Positions 35,768 through 50,100 of a stretch of DNA of 64,000 bases are shown here, piece by piece. Made by a program: the position numbers and the translations under genes. Positions within the stretch are counted from its first letter, which is position 1, and the number at the start of each line of letters is the position of its first letter. This DNA comes from Callorhinchus milii (taxonomy: Eukaryota). The DNA lies in assembly GCF_018977255.1 (NCBI RefSeq), contig NW_024704742.1:3660001-3724000 (forward strand), given 5' to 3'. The notes beneath the pieces are model-generated. The model had not been told where the DNA came from, did not search any database, and saw nothing but the letters and a program-made list of their open reading frames with translations.

Positions 35768-36135
35768 AACTAGCTGCCAACCCCCTCCTGTAGCTAGCTC
35801 CCCCCACGCTAACTAGCTGCTCCCCCCGCGCTAACTAGCTGCTCCCCCCACGCTAACTAGCTGCTCCCCCCGCGCTAACTAGCTGCTCCCCCCGCGCTAA
35901 CTAGCTGCTCCCCCCACGCTAACTAGCTGCTCCCCCCACGCTAACTAGCTGCTCCCCCCGCGCTAACTGGCTGCTCCCCCCGCGCTAACTGGCTGCTCCC
36001 CCCGCGCTAACTAGCTGCTCCCCCCGCGCTAACTAGCTGCTCCCCTCGCGCTAACTAGCTGCTCCCCCCGCGCTAACTAGCTCCTCCCCCCGCGCTAACT
36101 AACTGCCCCCCGCACTAACTAACTGCCCCCCCCTC
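35768..36135. repeat. 22-bp minisatellite (cgctaactagctgctccccccR), about 14 copies plus degenerate ends
   Basis: Direct inspection. Confidence 0.97.
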
Positions 36136-37449
36136 CCTAAGCAACACGAGGTTGTCAGATTGCCACTGGCATTGCCCGCGGGAAGCACTGGCCAATGACA
36201 TCACCTCACAAAGGTTCGTTGCAGGAAGCCCCATGAGCGGTGAGCCAACGTTGGCCTCGTTCAGCTCTTTGCTAACAAACTCGGTGGTGAGATTCTAGAC
36301 AGCCACGTCATAACAGGGGTCGCCCTTTAAGTGAGAACTTGAGAGTTCTGAACATTTACTGGACGGCAAGCCAATTTCGGTAGTTGTCACGTGACGAGCT
36401 TTCAACAACCTCGCTCCAGTTGTCTGCTCACCAGACCTCTACAAACTGACGAAAGCAAAGCAGGTAGAGACACGCAGAACAACTCAACTGGTGCGGGTAG
36501 AAGGGCGGAACAGGATCGAGGGGCCCAGGGGAAAGCTCCCGGATGAAGTTACAAGACACAGAAGCAAATCTCAAACAAACAATGTTTGATCATCTGAACT
36601 AACATTGCGTTGCTGCCTTGTAATAGTTATGATGAACGACTCGAGGCATGCACATGATACGGAGAGGTCAGCGAGACAGGACTTTCCACTGGCAAGGCAG
36701 GAGAAGACAAATGTCTTTACTACAAATAGTCATTCAACTGAGATGGTCACTTTCACCATTGCATACCTTGACCTCGATCTACACGCTGTCTGACCTGTAT
36801 ATATATTAAACTGCAGGTCATGTATAGAGTGAACTGTTGAACAAGACTATAATCATTGCAGTCAACCGTAGTCTATCTTTAGACCAACTCCAGGAAATTC
36901 CAGATGCACTGGGCCACTTAATCTCAAGGATTGGAATCCAAACTCTGTCCAGAAAGTCAGTTCACCTCATCTAACTTCACTCCCAAGATTTTAGCGAGAT
37001 AAGGCCGATTCAAGTATGAATTTCACTGACGAACACCCATTTTCGTAGTGAAAGTCAATCAGTACATCAAAATAACTTCCCCCCCGGATTTGATATACCA
37101 GAATTAACAGCTCTTTCCCACTCACCAGAATTAAGATTCTTTTACCCCCAACGCTGGTGCAGGCATCGGGTTCCGAGAATACAATCACAACGGATTCTGA
37201 ATCAAGTACCCAAGGCTGCTGGATAAATGGGTAACATTTGTGAAATACTAAATACTGCTGGTTCGGAAACTCTTGGGCACAGTGACGGATTTTCCAATGT
37301 ATCAAACCAACAGAAATAGAAATCACTGGGCAAATAGGTAGCATTGATGGAACTTGTAAAATCCTAAACCAGAAACTTCAATGCTTCTTCTGATTTTGAG
37401 ATAGAAAGAAAGATAATTTCAAAAGAAAAATACTGAATGCTATCAGGAC

Positions 37450-37795
37450 AGACTGGATAAGTTAGGCCTGTTTTGCCAGAGAAGAGATGTTTATGGGTGG
37501 TTGGGGGGGGGGGGGAGCTAATAGAAATGTTTAAAATTATAAAAGGGTTCAGTGAGGTTAACAGGAGTTAATTTAGGAGGAACTGCTTCGCCCGGAGGGT
37601 AGTGAGTTTGTGGAATTCGCTGCCTGAAGTGGTGGTTGAATCAGATAATGTGGTTGTAATTAAGAAGCTAAACCTTCAAATGGGGGAGGAGGGACTAGAA
37701 GGGTATGGGACTGGGTGAAGATTCATGGGGAGTATAAACACAGCTATGGACTGGACGGGCCAAATGGCCTGCTTCCATGCTGTGCATTCTTTGTA
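37450..37795 (+). mobile_element. CR1 LINE 3' fragment
   Basis: LIEMFKIIKG-coding piece, then agggtagtgagtttgtggaattcgctgcc, and the CR1-type end gggccaaatggcctgcttccatgctgt. Confidence 0.8.
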
Positions 37796-39789
37796 AATCT
37801 TTGTTGGACCCATCCCTCTGCCTTCCATTTCACCCCTCGACCCATTTCTTTACGTTGCCTCTATTTCCAGCTCTAAAATTTCAAAAGCTTCACTGTGGGA
37901 CATTGCTGGCACGGGTTAGCTGTTGGATTTGCTTAGTTGACATTCAATTATATTCTCAACATTGTAAAGAACTTTGAGACATTTGCTTTGATGTGAAAGG
38001 TATTAAATCACATGCAGTTAGTAATAGTAAGTGGGATGTTAAATATACATCACCTATTAGATTCAACCAAGAAATCTTTTCTCAGTGCCTGGAGTGCGAG
38101 TCACTTAGCCAGCGCCAGTTAACTGCATCGATACTGTAAGCTGTCTCGTTATTTGGGTCATTTGGCGATTTGCATACTGCACTGTGGCTCAATTTGCTTT
38201 GGAACAAAAATATCCGCAATAAATTTCATACCACGGGATTCGTGTTTTATCAGTGCGAGTGTACACATCTGCTTCCAGATGTGGGTAGGTTACAATTAAA
38301 GAAGTTCATTCAAATGGCTGTCCATCCAGCTTGTTTTTTTCCCCTTTGGCTAAATTCGTAAGCATCTGCTACACGTACTGCATATTTAGATAGGATGTCA
38401 CAACACAGAAACAGCCCATTTGTCCCAACTAGGCACAAAATATGTATATTGAAAGAGTGGGGGAGGATAGAAAGAGTCTCCGTGTTAAGTGGGATTAATA
38501 CAAGGTGTTTTTAGCAATTTCCAAGCACAACTACAATTAAATATATATTTTGCAATAATAGGGAATATTAATCTTCCGCAGGCTTTATGGATTAATGGGA
38601 AACATGTGTCACCAAAGTCCCCATACTCATAAAGCTGCCTCTTTGTATACTCCAGAAACTAAGCTGTCAAACACAGCTCTAGTACGAACAGAAACCAGCG
38701 CACCCGCACATAATTAATTGTAAACTAATGGTCTTTCTAACAGCAGCCACTTAAACACCATCCTAAAGGACTAATCTCTAAAATAATTCCAGGCTTCAGG
38801 ATTTACATTAAGCAGTTTTCCTGGACTAATTATTGCCACAATTTGGCTCTCACACTTTGTAACCCTTTCCCTTCCCTTTTCTTCTATTGATGTATCATTC
38901 CCATCCGCCTGCTCTAGACGTTGAAGAACCCGAGGCACTGTTTGAATAGAGAAGGGAGTGGGACGTTGCTGTGCACAAATTGGCTGCCACGTTCATTGGC
39001 AAAATACACGGTCCCTCACACTGCAGTAATTGGAGCAATTTCAGATGTCCTCCCGATGTGAAAGGCACTATATCAAACACAAGGATTATTATTAGGAATA
39101 ATAAATCAAGTTATACAGTACCGATGCTGATTGCATCTGGACTGCAACTACCATATCAATTGCCTGGACACAAGCTGTTACAACCTATAGATTTGGGTAG
39201 GAAATAGCTAGAAAACATCATAGTGAACTCATCTGTTTAGCAGATTACGTGCGTTGTACAATAGAGTCCTGTTAGAGCGGAACACGCCACACTTGTATTT
39301 AGCGACAATCCAAACATTGCATTGCAGCGCAATTAGCTGGAGGGCAGGTCATAAGATATCTCTCATTTCCTCTCATTCCTGGGAACACAAATGTAAGATG
39401 AATAGCCTCTCTAGCTACGTGAAGAAATAAATATTGATGGGAATCGGGTCCTTCGCTTCTCCCCCATCCCCCACTCCCGGCTCACTCGACACATTTTGCT
39501 CACAGCAAGGTATGTTGTATGAGTTTAACGATTCATGCAAAAAAAAAAGCAGCTAAGCGAACATTTTTGTGCATGAGGTGAAGAGGGAGAGAGTAAATCT
39601 ATTCTTCATTCTTTACCAAACAGTAGCACCACTGTTAATGCATTCCTTCACCTTCCTGAGGCTAAATACTTTTTTCCCCCACCCTTGCCTGAACAAGCCC
39701 AATCTGTATCACTGGCAACACAAGTAAAATGGGTTTAGCTTAGCTCAGCGTTGCACTGTAGATGAAATTGCTGAGTATTCAATACTTAT

Positions 39790-40049
39790 TAGAGGGCGAA
39801 ACCTTGGGCAAGTTTCCTTACTCTACACAGAGCCTAATAATAATCCCTCCAAAACCTAAAACAATAATAAATTGGTCATTTTCAATCTACGACTGTTTGT
39901 GGGACATTGCTGTGCGCAATTGGCTGCCGTGTTCGCCCACAAATATACAGTCAATTCACTTTACAGTGTGTTCTGTGAAGCGCTTTGGGACGTCCTCCCG
40001 ACATGAAAAGCGCTATATCAAATGCAAGGATTATTATTATTATTATTAT
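39790..40049 (+). mobile_element. Deu-domain SINE, subfamily A, 5'-truncated
   Basis: Near-identical to 884-1190. Confidence 0.9.
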
Positions 40050-40540
40050 GGCGAACAATCGGAACTTGCTCGCGCTCTCCTCAATTACACAATGGCTAAA
40101 AATGAGTTGCGACATTGGCTGTGTGTGTCAAATCCCATCCTTTGCTCCCCAACCCCCACCCCAGCACCCACTCCATACCCATCTCCGTGGTCTACAACTT
40201 CCTTAATTATTCCCGAAAGGAAAAAAAAATGATACGCGTCAAGATGTCTACGTCCCCGAGGGTCCCCTTATGTCCATAGTAATCCAAGGTACCAACGATG
40301 ATTGAACAAACTGCCCAGCTCCTCAATGAAACCTGCCGGAGAGCCGTGTCTGCAGCTCTGTAAAGTCAAAGCTCTGATGGAAAGGTCCCAGCTGGTCAGG
40401 TCTCAGCTTGTCAAGTCCTGGCCTGTTCTGATTTTGTTTCCATACAAATAGCTCAAAACCCGTGAGCGTTCAAACTCACGTGTAATGAACCTACGTGTTT
40501 AGGCGGTGTTTATCTGCTACACAAAGGATTTCCACCCTCT

Positions 40541-40893
40541 TGTAGCTCAGTGGTTAGAGCGCTCACCTCACAAGCGAAGGGACCTGGTTTCAATTCCCAG
40601 GCAGAATAAAACATTGGGCAAGATTCCTTACTCCACACGGCTCTTTTCCCCCAGCAGCAAGTAGGAACCCGCTTGTTAGCTGAGTGGCTATTAATCCCTT
40701 CAAAAAAAAAAAGAAATTATAATTTGGTCACTCAATCCACGGCTGTTTGTGGGGACGCTGCCGTGCGCAATTGGCTGCCGCGTTTCACCCACAAAATATA
40801 CAGTCGATTCACTTTACAGTATATTCCGTGAAGCGCTTTGAGACGTCTCGAAGACGTGATAAGGCGCTGTATCAAATGCAAGGATTATTATTA
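40541..40893 (+). mobile_element. Deu-domain SINE, subfamily B
   Basis: Head tgtagctcagtggttagagc through the TCGAA-loop tail. Confidence 0.9.
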
Positions 40894-42779
40894 CTGGTCA
40901 GCACTGATAGCATATTGGATAAAACTGTTAACCAAATCAGAATTGATTGCAGAGATACTTGATAACCAGTTCTGAAGGAGCCTGGAGTTACAGATACCTT
41001 GATTTTGCTCAGTTTCCGTCCCATTTAAATTGTAGGCCAACAGCACAAACAAGGTATGAACTGTTCAATGCACAGGTACGAATAGAGATGTTCTTCCAGT
41101 GGATATCTGCCCTAAAGTCTAAGGAAGCTCATAAAGGCCAGTCGTCCTGAAATTATATTGCTGGATTGTTGGAGGTGACTCCAAGGGCAACAGGGCACTG
41201 ATTTAGCAAATCTACGTACAAAAGCATTTCTGAAGGGAAGATCACGCTTAGCAGTGATGATACAATTTACAAATATATACAACAACGTAGATTTATGTAG
41301 CGCCCTTCACTCAGGAGCGCTTAACAGTGGCGGAGCCTGACACCGAGCCAGGAAGGTGGGGGTGGGGGTGGGGGGGAGTGAGGAGGTGACCGTAAGCACG
41401 GTCGAAGAGGTCAAATATAGAGCCTTTCACATTGGGAGGATGTCTCAAAACACATTAAACCCAACAACAACAACAAAATGACGTTTGGAAAGGGGCTGTC
41501 ACATCGGGAGGACGTCCCAAGGCGCTGAGTAAGCAAGGAGGTGTTCTTTGCGCTACATAGAGATACACATAACTTTTGCTCCAAGAAAAATCCACTGTGA
41601 GAACTGAGAAATACCACCAGGTTGAATAACCGCAATCATCAATTGCACTGACAGATATATGAACTGTGAGGGACAAATGGTATTTGTGCAACACATAGTT
41701 CTAAGTTTTTCCAGAGCACATTAGTTACCTCCTTCAGGAAATACAAACTTAGTGAATGATTTCTTGTCGTGAGAAGCAAAATGAAGCACTTGACAAACGT
41801 TAGGCGTCACGTGGAAACCGTGACAGGCTGACACTGGAGGGTCTTTACAGCTGTTGGCTGGAGCCCTCGTTCCCTGGAAACTCGCTTCGAAATTAGGAAC
41901 AAATCGACGAGGTTTATTCGGGGGGAAATGTCGCGATTTAGATGCGCAATCGACACGCAATTTAAAAAGTGACGACCCTTTCGCATTCCAATCGCACTCT
42001 CTCTCCCTCCCCACCCCATGTTATGTTGTCACCAACGTACTTTTTTCATGGGCGTGCCTGTGCCTGACACGAGGAGGCAAGGTTTGAATACATCCAAATT
42101 TGGACGTTAAATAGCCTGCAAGAGTTAAGGGAGAGACGCTCGTATGAGACATTTCCTTCCTGTAACTTGAAGGATCCTCATCCCATTTCAAAGCAGCATT
42201 GCGGCTTCTAACAATGGAAAAGTCCTGCGAACGGTTACTTAACCACACAGACACTGTCTGTCTTAGCACAACACCAGCGGGAGCTCTTTTGCTAGCAGTA
42301 CAAGGGAGAAGGGGTGCAAGTCTCAATTCTGGTTTCCCCAATGTAAAAAGTTTACATGATCATTTTTTTAGCAAAAGTAGTTATAATGAGTTATTTAAAT
42401 ACTGCATTCCAAAGAAACAGGACAAGTAAAAAGAAAACACAGTACAAGTGAGACTGAGTGGACAATTCTGCCTCACAACACAAAGGAATGCGCTTTCTGC
42501 ATCAAATTTACAAATTTTAAGCCGTTCGAAATCTTACATCATCCATCTCACAAAGGGATCTCGGGGTGGGGTGGTTAGTGGACCCCCCTTCGAGCTGAAC
42601 TGGCTCCAACGTGCCCTGAATGTCCTATTCAAGTCATTACTCTGCGCTGGTTTCGCTTGTCTGGTTCCTGAGACAGGCGGGTCTGTAGTACTTATAACAT
42701 TGCTGATGACAGCAATGGCCAGTGGCCAGCCTGGCTCATCGGCAGGACCTGGAGGGCCAGGCCAGTCACTGGAGCATGA

Positions 42780-43135
42780 ATTCTTCTCGCTTAGCTCCCG
42801 TTAACCCTGTGAGCCAAAGCCCTACCAGGTATAATGGTCCTAGATGGACAAGCAGTGGGAAACTAACCAGAGAGCGTTTTCAATGGAAAGCGATGTGATT
42901 TTCTTTTGCTGGTTAGACTCCAAAAGTACCCCCAACAGGTACTCTGGGATCCCCAAGCTTCGGCTTGCACCAACATTCTGCATCTTACATTCTCCAGAAT
43001 TAGGTAAGCAGGATGTGTAAGGAAAGAGAGTGCATTCCCATTCACAACGCAGGCAAATTGCCACATATGGGTGAGATATGCATATGGACCTCTCAGTCAG
43101 GTTTGAATACTCTGAAGTACGGTTTTCCGCACGTG
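42780..43135 (-). repeat. Dispersed repeat family X, long copy
   Basis: Collinear with 16450-16800. Confidence 0.7.
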
Positions 43136-44509
43136 TCAAACACTCGGCTAACAAAACAAAATCCCAAGCGGAAACACAAAGTTCTCACAAACCAAAAATA
43201 AGTCGACTGGATCATCGTATAATCATTTTGGCTTTTGATGTCAGGAGGACGTCTCAAACCACTTCACAGGATTTACTGTTAAGTGTAGTGACTGTATTCT
43301 GCTGGCTGGTTTGGTGCATCAATTGTCTGAGACAAGGAAGAAATGGAATAAAAATGCTTCAAGAGGGTTTCAGGCAGGAATTCCATTTTTAATTTGTTCT
43401 GTGATTACCTTAAATGTAGGCCCTTCCCGTTACTTACTCGTGAACTGGTGGAAATAATAATCTTGAAGACCTTCATCGGATCACCTCAAAGCATTCGCAG
43501 CTCCAGACAAAAAACGTTCCAAATTTCAAGACTCTGTTAGTAAATGAAACCTTTCATCCCAGTGAATCTACACTGTACCTTTTCCACCCGTCGTATAAAT
43601 GTGATGTCTCGCATTGTACACAGTACTCCAACTCTGGCTTAACCTTGTACAATCTGGTGCATGACCGTGTTTAAAATGAAGAGATTTTGCACTGTGTTAA
43701 GAACATGAATGATCACACAACGCTCTATTTTAATATAGACAGAGCTTGTGTTCCCCTCATGCTGATTTTGAAGGAACACACAGACAATTGTATTATATTG
43801 TACCCGGATGCATTGTCCATGAATTTTCGCAGATCAGAAAAGTCTGTGGTCGATATGGTTGCTGAGAGGGCGGATTCTCAGCTTCTCTCCACGACTCTCT
43901 CCGCAACTGGCAGATCCTGCGATCTTTAATATATTGATGGTTACCAACCCTCAAAAGGCTTTAGGAATTCCTGCTTAAGAAAAATTGCTCCGCTGTTACA
44001 CCAGAACGTAAATGCTTGGCTCAGGGTGATTCATTTGGCCGTTTGAAGAATTGGCTGGCTTTCTGATTCTCACACTGCACCAAACAGATGTTCCTTGCAA
44101 GAACACTCAGCGCAAGATATGAAACTCGCAGTGACATGCTGCAGGCTAAGACATCTCCCTTAAGACTCTTACATTAACCATTCTTGTCAGAGAGAGGGGA
44201 AAAAAATCACTTTGACAGCTCAGGCGTGGTTGCACGAAAAGAAAGGTGGAGGGGGAAATCGAATTTCACACTGAAAATGCATTTGCCCCATTTGAATTTT
44301 TCTCGGTGCCTTCACGGTTTGCTTGGCGAGTTTAGTTCTAAGGTGCAAGTTTAAAAAGAAAATCTCTTTACAAATGCAAGGAGTTCTCACAGGCTATCTA
44401 CTGCAGCTCCATTAAAAAACGTAAGCTCCACTCTGGAGATCCGCAACGATCTTGCTCTCGTTCAGAAACAGGCATCGGATTCGAATCCGAGCTTCTACGT
44501 TTTTACAGT

Positions 44510-45305
44510 GTAAATAGAGAAAACCCATTCCCACTGGTAGGGCAGTCAAGGACCAGGGGCTATAGTTATAAGATAGTCACAAGAAGAGTGAAAGGTGAGC
44601 TTAGCAACATTTTTTCATAGATTGTACAGATCATTTAACCCAATTAGTCTGTGCCGGTAGTTACACTCCACACAAGCCTCCACCTACTCTGTGTTCCCTC
44701 CCATAGCCTTCTATTCCTTTCTCCCTCATGTGGCATATCTAGCTTCCTCTTACAATCATCGATACTATCTGCTTCAATCACCGATTCAGGCAGTGAGTCC
44801 CACATTCTCACTACCCTCTGCATGAAATAGTTTCTCTTGAAATCTCTTTTAGTTCCCCCTGGTCACAATCTTATGGCGATGGAGAGTTGCCCTGCCAAGT
44901 AAGGTGGTAGAGGCAAAGGCATTGTGGGTTTCAAGAGGGAGATAGAGTGGTATATGAAGAATAGAGGCTTAAAGGTGTGTGGGGATAAGGCTGTTTTCCC
45001 TGGTCGGTGGTCGGTGAGATAGTGCCTAGAGGGTATCAATTCAAGACAGTAAATGAGCAAATGGGGAGGTTAGGAAAGAAGTGTTCATGTTCAGAGTATT
45101 AAGGATATGGGATGCCCAGGCAGGGGCAGCGATTGAGGCAGAATCCTTATTGGCCTTCAAGAGGAAACCGGACAAATATCTTAAAGAATCAGCTAAAGGG
45201 GTATGAGGAAAGGGCAGGGAAATGGAACTGAAAGGATTGATCGAGGGAGCCGGCATTGACACAATGGGCTGAATAGCTTTCTTCTGCGCCGTAATTTTCT
45301 ATGGG
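44510..45305. mobile_element. Cluster of CR1 LINE 3' fragments in both orientations
   Basis: aggaccaggggctatagttataag; ccacattctcactaccctctg (minus); end atgggctgaatagctttcttctgcgccgtaattttctatg. Confidence 0.7.
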
Positions 45306-45321
45306 TCTGATTCTGAGTAAA

Positions 45322-45630
45322 TTGTAGCTCAGTGGTTAAGAGCGCTCACCTCGCAAGCGAGAGACCTGGGTTTGATTCCCGGAGGGGCCAAACCTTGGGC
45401 AAGTTTCCTTACTGCACACGCCTAATAATAATCCCTCAAGAAAAAAAACCCAATGATAAATTGGTCACTTCAATCCATGAGTGTTTGTGGGGACGCTGCC
45501 GTGCGCAATTGGCTGCCGCGTTTCGCCCACAAAATATACAGTTAATTCACTTTACAGTATATTGTGTGAAGCGCTTTGAAAGACGTGAAAAGCACTGTAT
45601 CAAATGCAAGGATTATTATTTATTATTATA
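45322..45630 (+). mobile_element. Deu-domain SINE, internally deleted
   Basis: tRNA head, Deu core and (TTA)n. Confidence 0.88.
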
Positions 45631-46863
45631 TAAATTTGAAACATTTCCAGACAGCTCATCCGAAGATTGGACAGCGCTGTCCAAAACCAGACGGGCAGCA
45701 ACCTCAGTCCAAACGGAATTTAACATTGAGCCCTGAGATAGGTCCCATCAAAAATACAGTTTATGAGGCATCTTCGACCCTTCCGTCCAAAGGCATCTCA
45801 AACCATTCATCCTACTGGCACAGGAAGAAAGGTTTCACACAAGTATGTTGAAAGTGTCTATGCAGACAGGTGGAAGAAAGCAAAGAACTCCTAAAATGCC
45901 AGCAGTGCAGATTTTAAACCACAAGTCAGACCGAATCACAGTACTATCAGTTTCAAACAAGGTCTTGTCAAAATAATATGCTTTTGTACTTTAACCCTTG
46001 GAGAGAAAGCTGAGGGAAAGTCAAGTTTCCCACACCAACGTATGTTTACATCAGATAATGTCTGGCAAAGCAATTGAAGAGTTAAGAAATCTTTAAATAA
46101 ACAACAACAACAACAAATTACAGTTGTATAGCGCCTTTTAAGTCAGGAGGTTGTCCCAAAGCACTGGAAATGTATGAGTCAGATGCCAGCGTAAAATTGC
46201 GTTCCAACAACAACATAAAATTGCGTCCAACAACTGCATTTAAGCAGCACCCTTCACGTAGGGTGGCATCCTAGCGTGAAAATGCACCGTACCCTTGAAG
46301 CTGCGCAAGCAAAAATTACATTTTTGTCCCCCCCAAAAAAGTTATTCTAGATATGAATTGGTGGAGAACTGGACCGAGAGAGTGCAGACCATAAAGTGAA
46401 GAACATCTGTCCTTAAAGTGGAGAGGAACCATAACACTATTCAAAAACAAAGAGATGGGATGGGATGGGATATCCTCCCAGGCACCATAGACCTATAGAA
46501 ATGTACAGCACAGAAGGCGGACCATTTGACCCATTATGTTGGCTCCTTTAAGAGCAATCTTTCCAGTCCCAATTTACCTTTCCCCATACCCTTTAGCTGA
46601 CTCCTTTGTAAGTATTTATCTGGTTCTCTTTTGAAAGCTAATATGGATTCTGTCTCAACCACGGCTCCCAGCAGAGAATTCCATATGCTAACTATTCTGT
46701 GCAGCAAAACAACTGCTGCCTTACAAAAAGGTCAATGTGCTTGACAATAATTACCACCAAGCACTTTGAGACATTTCGATGCACCATTAAAGCAAATCGA
46801 GTTATTCTGATAACACAGCTACAATTATTACTTATTATAATTGTTAGTTATTATAGCTATTAC

Positions 46864-47105
46864 AGTGGTTAGTCGATTGGCAGAAGGCTTTCCCCGGAGT
46901 AACATTCCCTCCAAACATAAACAAAATAAAACGTTCGGTTGCTCAATCCACGACTGGTTGTGGGACACCGCTGGGCGCAACGGGCTGGCGTGTTTCGCCC
47001 GCAAAATGCACAGTCAATTCACTTTACAATATATTTTGGGAAGCGCGTTGAGATGGCTCAACGACGTGATAAGGTGCTGTATCAAATGGAAGGATTATTA
47101 TTATA
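46864..47105 (+). mobile_element. Deu-domain SINE, diverged and 5'-truncated
   Basis: Deu core and tail. Confidence 0.8.
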
Positions 47106-50100
47106 TTGTACAGCATTATTATATAACAGCACACACCATCATCTCATTCAACTGTGTCACCTTTGGACCCTTTTTCTGCTGATCTGACTGACCCCCTCAT
47201 TTGGAACAGCTGCATTTTGCATTAGATAACCTTTTGGCTGATTACCTTAAATAGAATCCAAGTCACTGGAGGACAAACTGGGCACTTAAAGTTAATGGAG
47301 AGTTTGTTTTGGTAAGTCTATTGACGAGAAGAACCCACCAACCTACGCGTTTTAACCGTATTACTGGTGTTAATTTTATGAGGGTGATTAGCACACTAAC
47401 CGTTAGTTAAAAGGTTCAGTGCTGGTCTGAAGAGGAACACGGCAATGCTGCAAACAGGAGTTGTGAACAACTTCTCAGCTGGAAGATGCCTTCTCCAGAA
47501 AGATGGGCTGATCCATCCACCAGAAATGGGAGCTTTCTCATCAACAAAACATTTGAGGGCAACGTTTGAGTACTTCTCAGTGTCAAAGATAAGCATCTTG
47601 CAAGCCCCTTCCAATGGTTTATAATCATAATAATGCTTGTGAGTAAACCTCACCTAAGTCATTATCAGTTGGGACATTACTTTTAATATGACGTATGCAA
47701 AGTATGACTTATGTCAAACTTGCAGAGAATATAAACTCTTGAACCCTAAGATCTGTGATCCATTCACCTATGCCTTTTACCAATTTAATCTAAAAAGGAG
47801 GCTGAGAGACCAGCTCTCAATTATAGTGTCGCCTTCACACTGGACCATTTTGGCAAAGAGCAGAAATACAAACAACTAAAGGAGACATCTCTATTGTACC
47901 TCAACTGTCTCGGAGGGGACAGGGCGGGAATTGGGTGGAGTGGGCAGATGAATTGACTTGGGCCTGAGCCCTCCCACTTTGTTAACCAAAACAAGCAAAA
48001 ATAACACAATCAACTAAAAAGGACAGACAGTCTGAATGCCACAACTGTATTTAATCTCCTCTTTTTCCATTACTTTTGCCAGATGAAAATACCAGCGTTA
48101 ACAAACTGATCTGTTTACACTTCAGAAAACAAACAAAACTAACTTTAAAATATTAATGTGTGTTTTCCCTTTCAAACACTGACTGACCCTGCTGTGAATT
48201 TTATTTAATTCCGACTCCCTGAACTTCCTTTTCCCTTCTTTCTCTAAGCAACTGCAGCTTCTAGCTATTAATGGAAAAAACTGAGCGATATATTGCTGCT
48301 GGTCTGGTTTTAGATCACTTAGTATTTAAACAAGATTACAAGTAAAACGATTTTTTTTTAGGCAATTATGTGGATCAGTAGTTTAACACAAGACCGATGA
48401 AATAATTGGCATGAGTTTCAATGCAAACCGGACAGAATGTTAGTTGCAAGAGACCCATCTGAAAAGAGTTCGGAGATTTGACCCAAAGTCTAGTGAGCAT
48501 GAACTCGGGTCACAAGAGTGACAATTATTTGGCATTAAATAGGCCCATTCTTTCAAAAGAGCCCACAAGATGGCTGGTGTGGGAAGTGCAAATATGCTGT
48601 GTTAGTTCAGTAAAGGAATAAGATTGGGAATATGTTAATATAACCCTGAAAGCCAAAACACTTAATGGATAGGGTGGTCCGAGCTGGTCAAGGAGCTCGA
48701 AGCTTCCCAGACAGTTTAAAGCAACTGCAAGTCTTGCGGTTTTTGCCGGTTAGACTCCAGCCATCACTCCAACCCACAGTCTAGGATCTTGCCAACCTGT
48801 GCTTTATATTTTTTTAAAAGAGTCTCCAAACCAAACGTGGAAATCCCAGAGATACGATTGTTGGAATGGAATGCACGCTCTCTCCCCGGAGGGTTGCATC
48901 CTGCTCACCTAATTCTAGAAAGTACTAGGCGCAGGTTGGCAAGAGACAAGACTTGGGGACCCCAGAGCGTGTGTTGGGGCAACTGCAATTTGCAACTATA
49001 ATTGAACATAAAACTTTTTTTTATTAAAGGAGAATATAAAACCGCTTGAATTCTTAAAGGAATCAGGTTTATGTGGACGTCCTCCCGGCGTGAAAGGCGC
49101 TACACACATGTAATTTTGTTGTTGCTGTTATACGTGGGTAAATAAAAATACAAGTATAAATATCTGCCCTGATCGTAATGAGTGCAAAAAACAAGAGCAT
49201 TTACAGCTTCGTGAGATTCTGTCTGGTCTCCCCATAGACAACACACAATATTCTCTAGTTGAATTGAAGAAAGCAGGAGTCATCCTCTCTATGGTACGCC
49301 CAGGGAGTCATATTTTCTTTGCTCCAATCTATCATTTTACATCATTCCTCTGCAGAGACTCACTGAGTACTTTTGAAGCTAAGCCATTCTCCTCTCTTGA
49401 GAGCCCTGCTGCAGGATAGGTTTCTCACTCCATCGCCAAAGAGTTGGCCATAACAAAGGGTCTGCAAACTGAGCCAAACCCATCCAACGATTCATAGACT
49501 GCAACACAAGTTTATGCTACATGTCCCACCAATGAAGGCGCAAACGTTCTAACACGTCAACCATTTGTGCACAGTCTCATTAACTTAAGTGACCATCAGT
49601 GCACAAATTGTTGATTTGCCCACAAAATACAGTCAATTCACTTTACAGTGCATTCTGTGAAGTGCTTTGAGACGTGCTCAAAGATGCGATAAGGCGTTAC
49701 AACAAATGCAAGGATTATAATTCACACTGGACAACTTACAATGACTGGATCTGTGTTTAACATTTCACAGCGTTCAGTAAATCAAAGCAATGATGTTTAT
49801 ATCATTTGCTTAGGATGAAACCATGACTCCCAAGTCTGGGAATTTTGATTATGACATTCAGCTAAACAGATCACCTCATAGAGAGATAATCGGCTACTGT
49901 TTTTTTCCATCTAGTTAAGTACTAGTTTACATCAGCTCGGCCAAAAGCTATAAAGTATTAAATTGATTTAATGAAAGCTCTGCCGTATGATATTCATAGA
50001 TCCTAGATCAGATTCCCTGCTTTGTTCTGCCTTGGCTACGCCTACAGTAGACTGATTAAACCCACAAATTCAGAGCATAATCAGCAGTACTTCCAAGACC

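Noticed and set aside
35768..36135. CRISPR-like array
   Set aside because: The units are contiguous with no unique spacers, and the context is a vertebrate intron.
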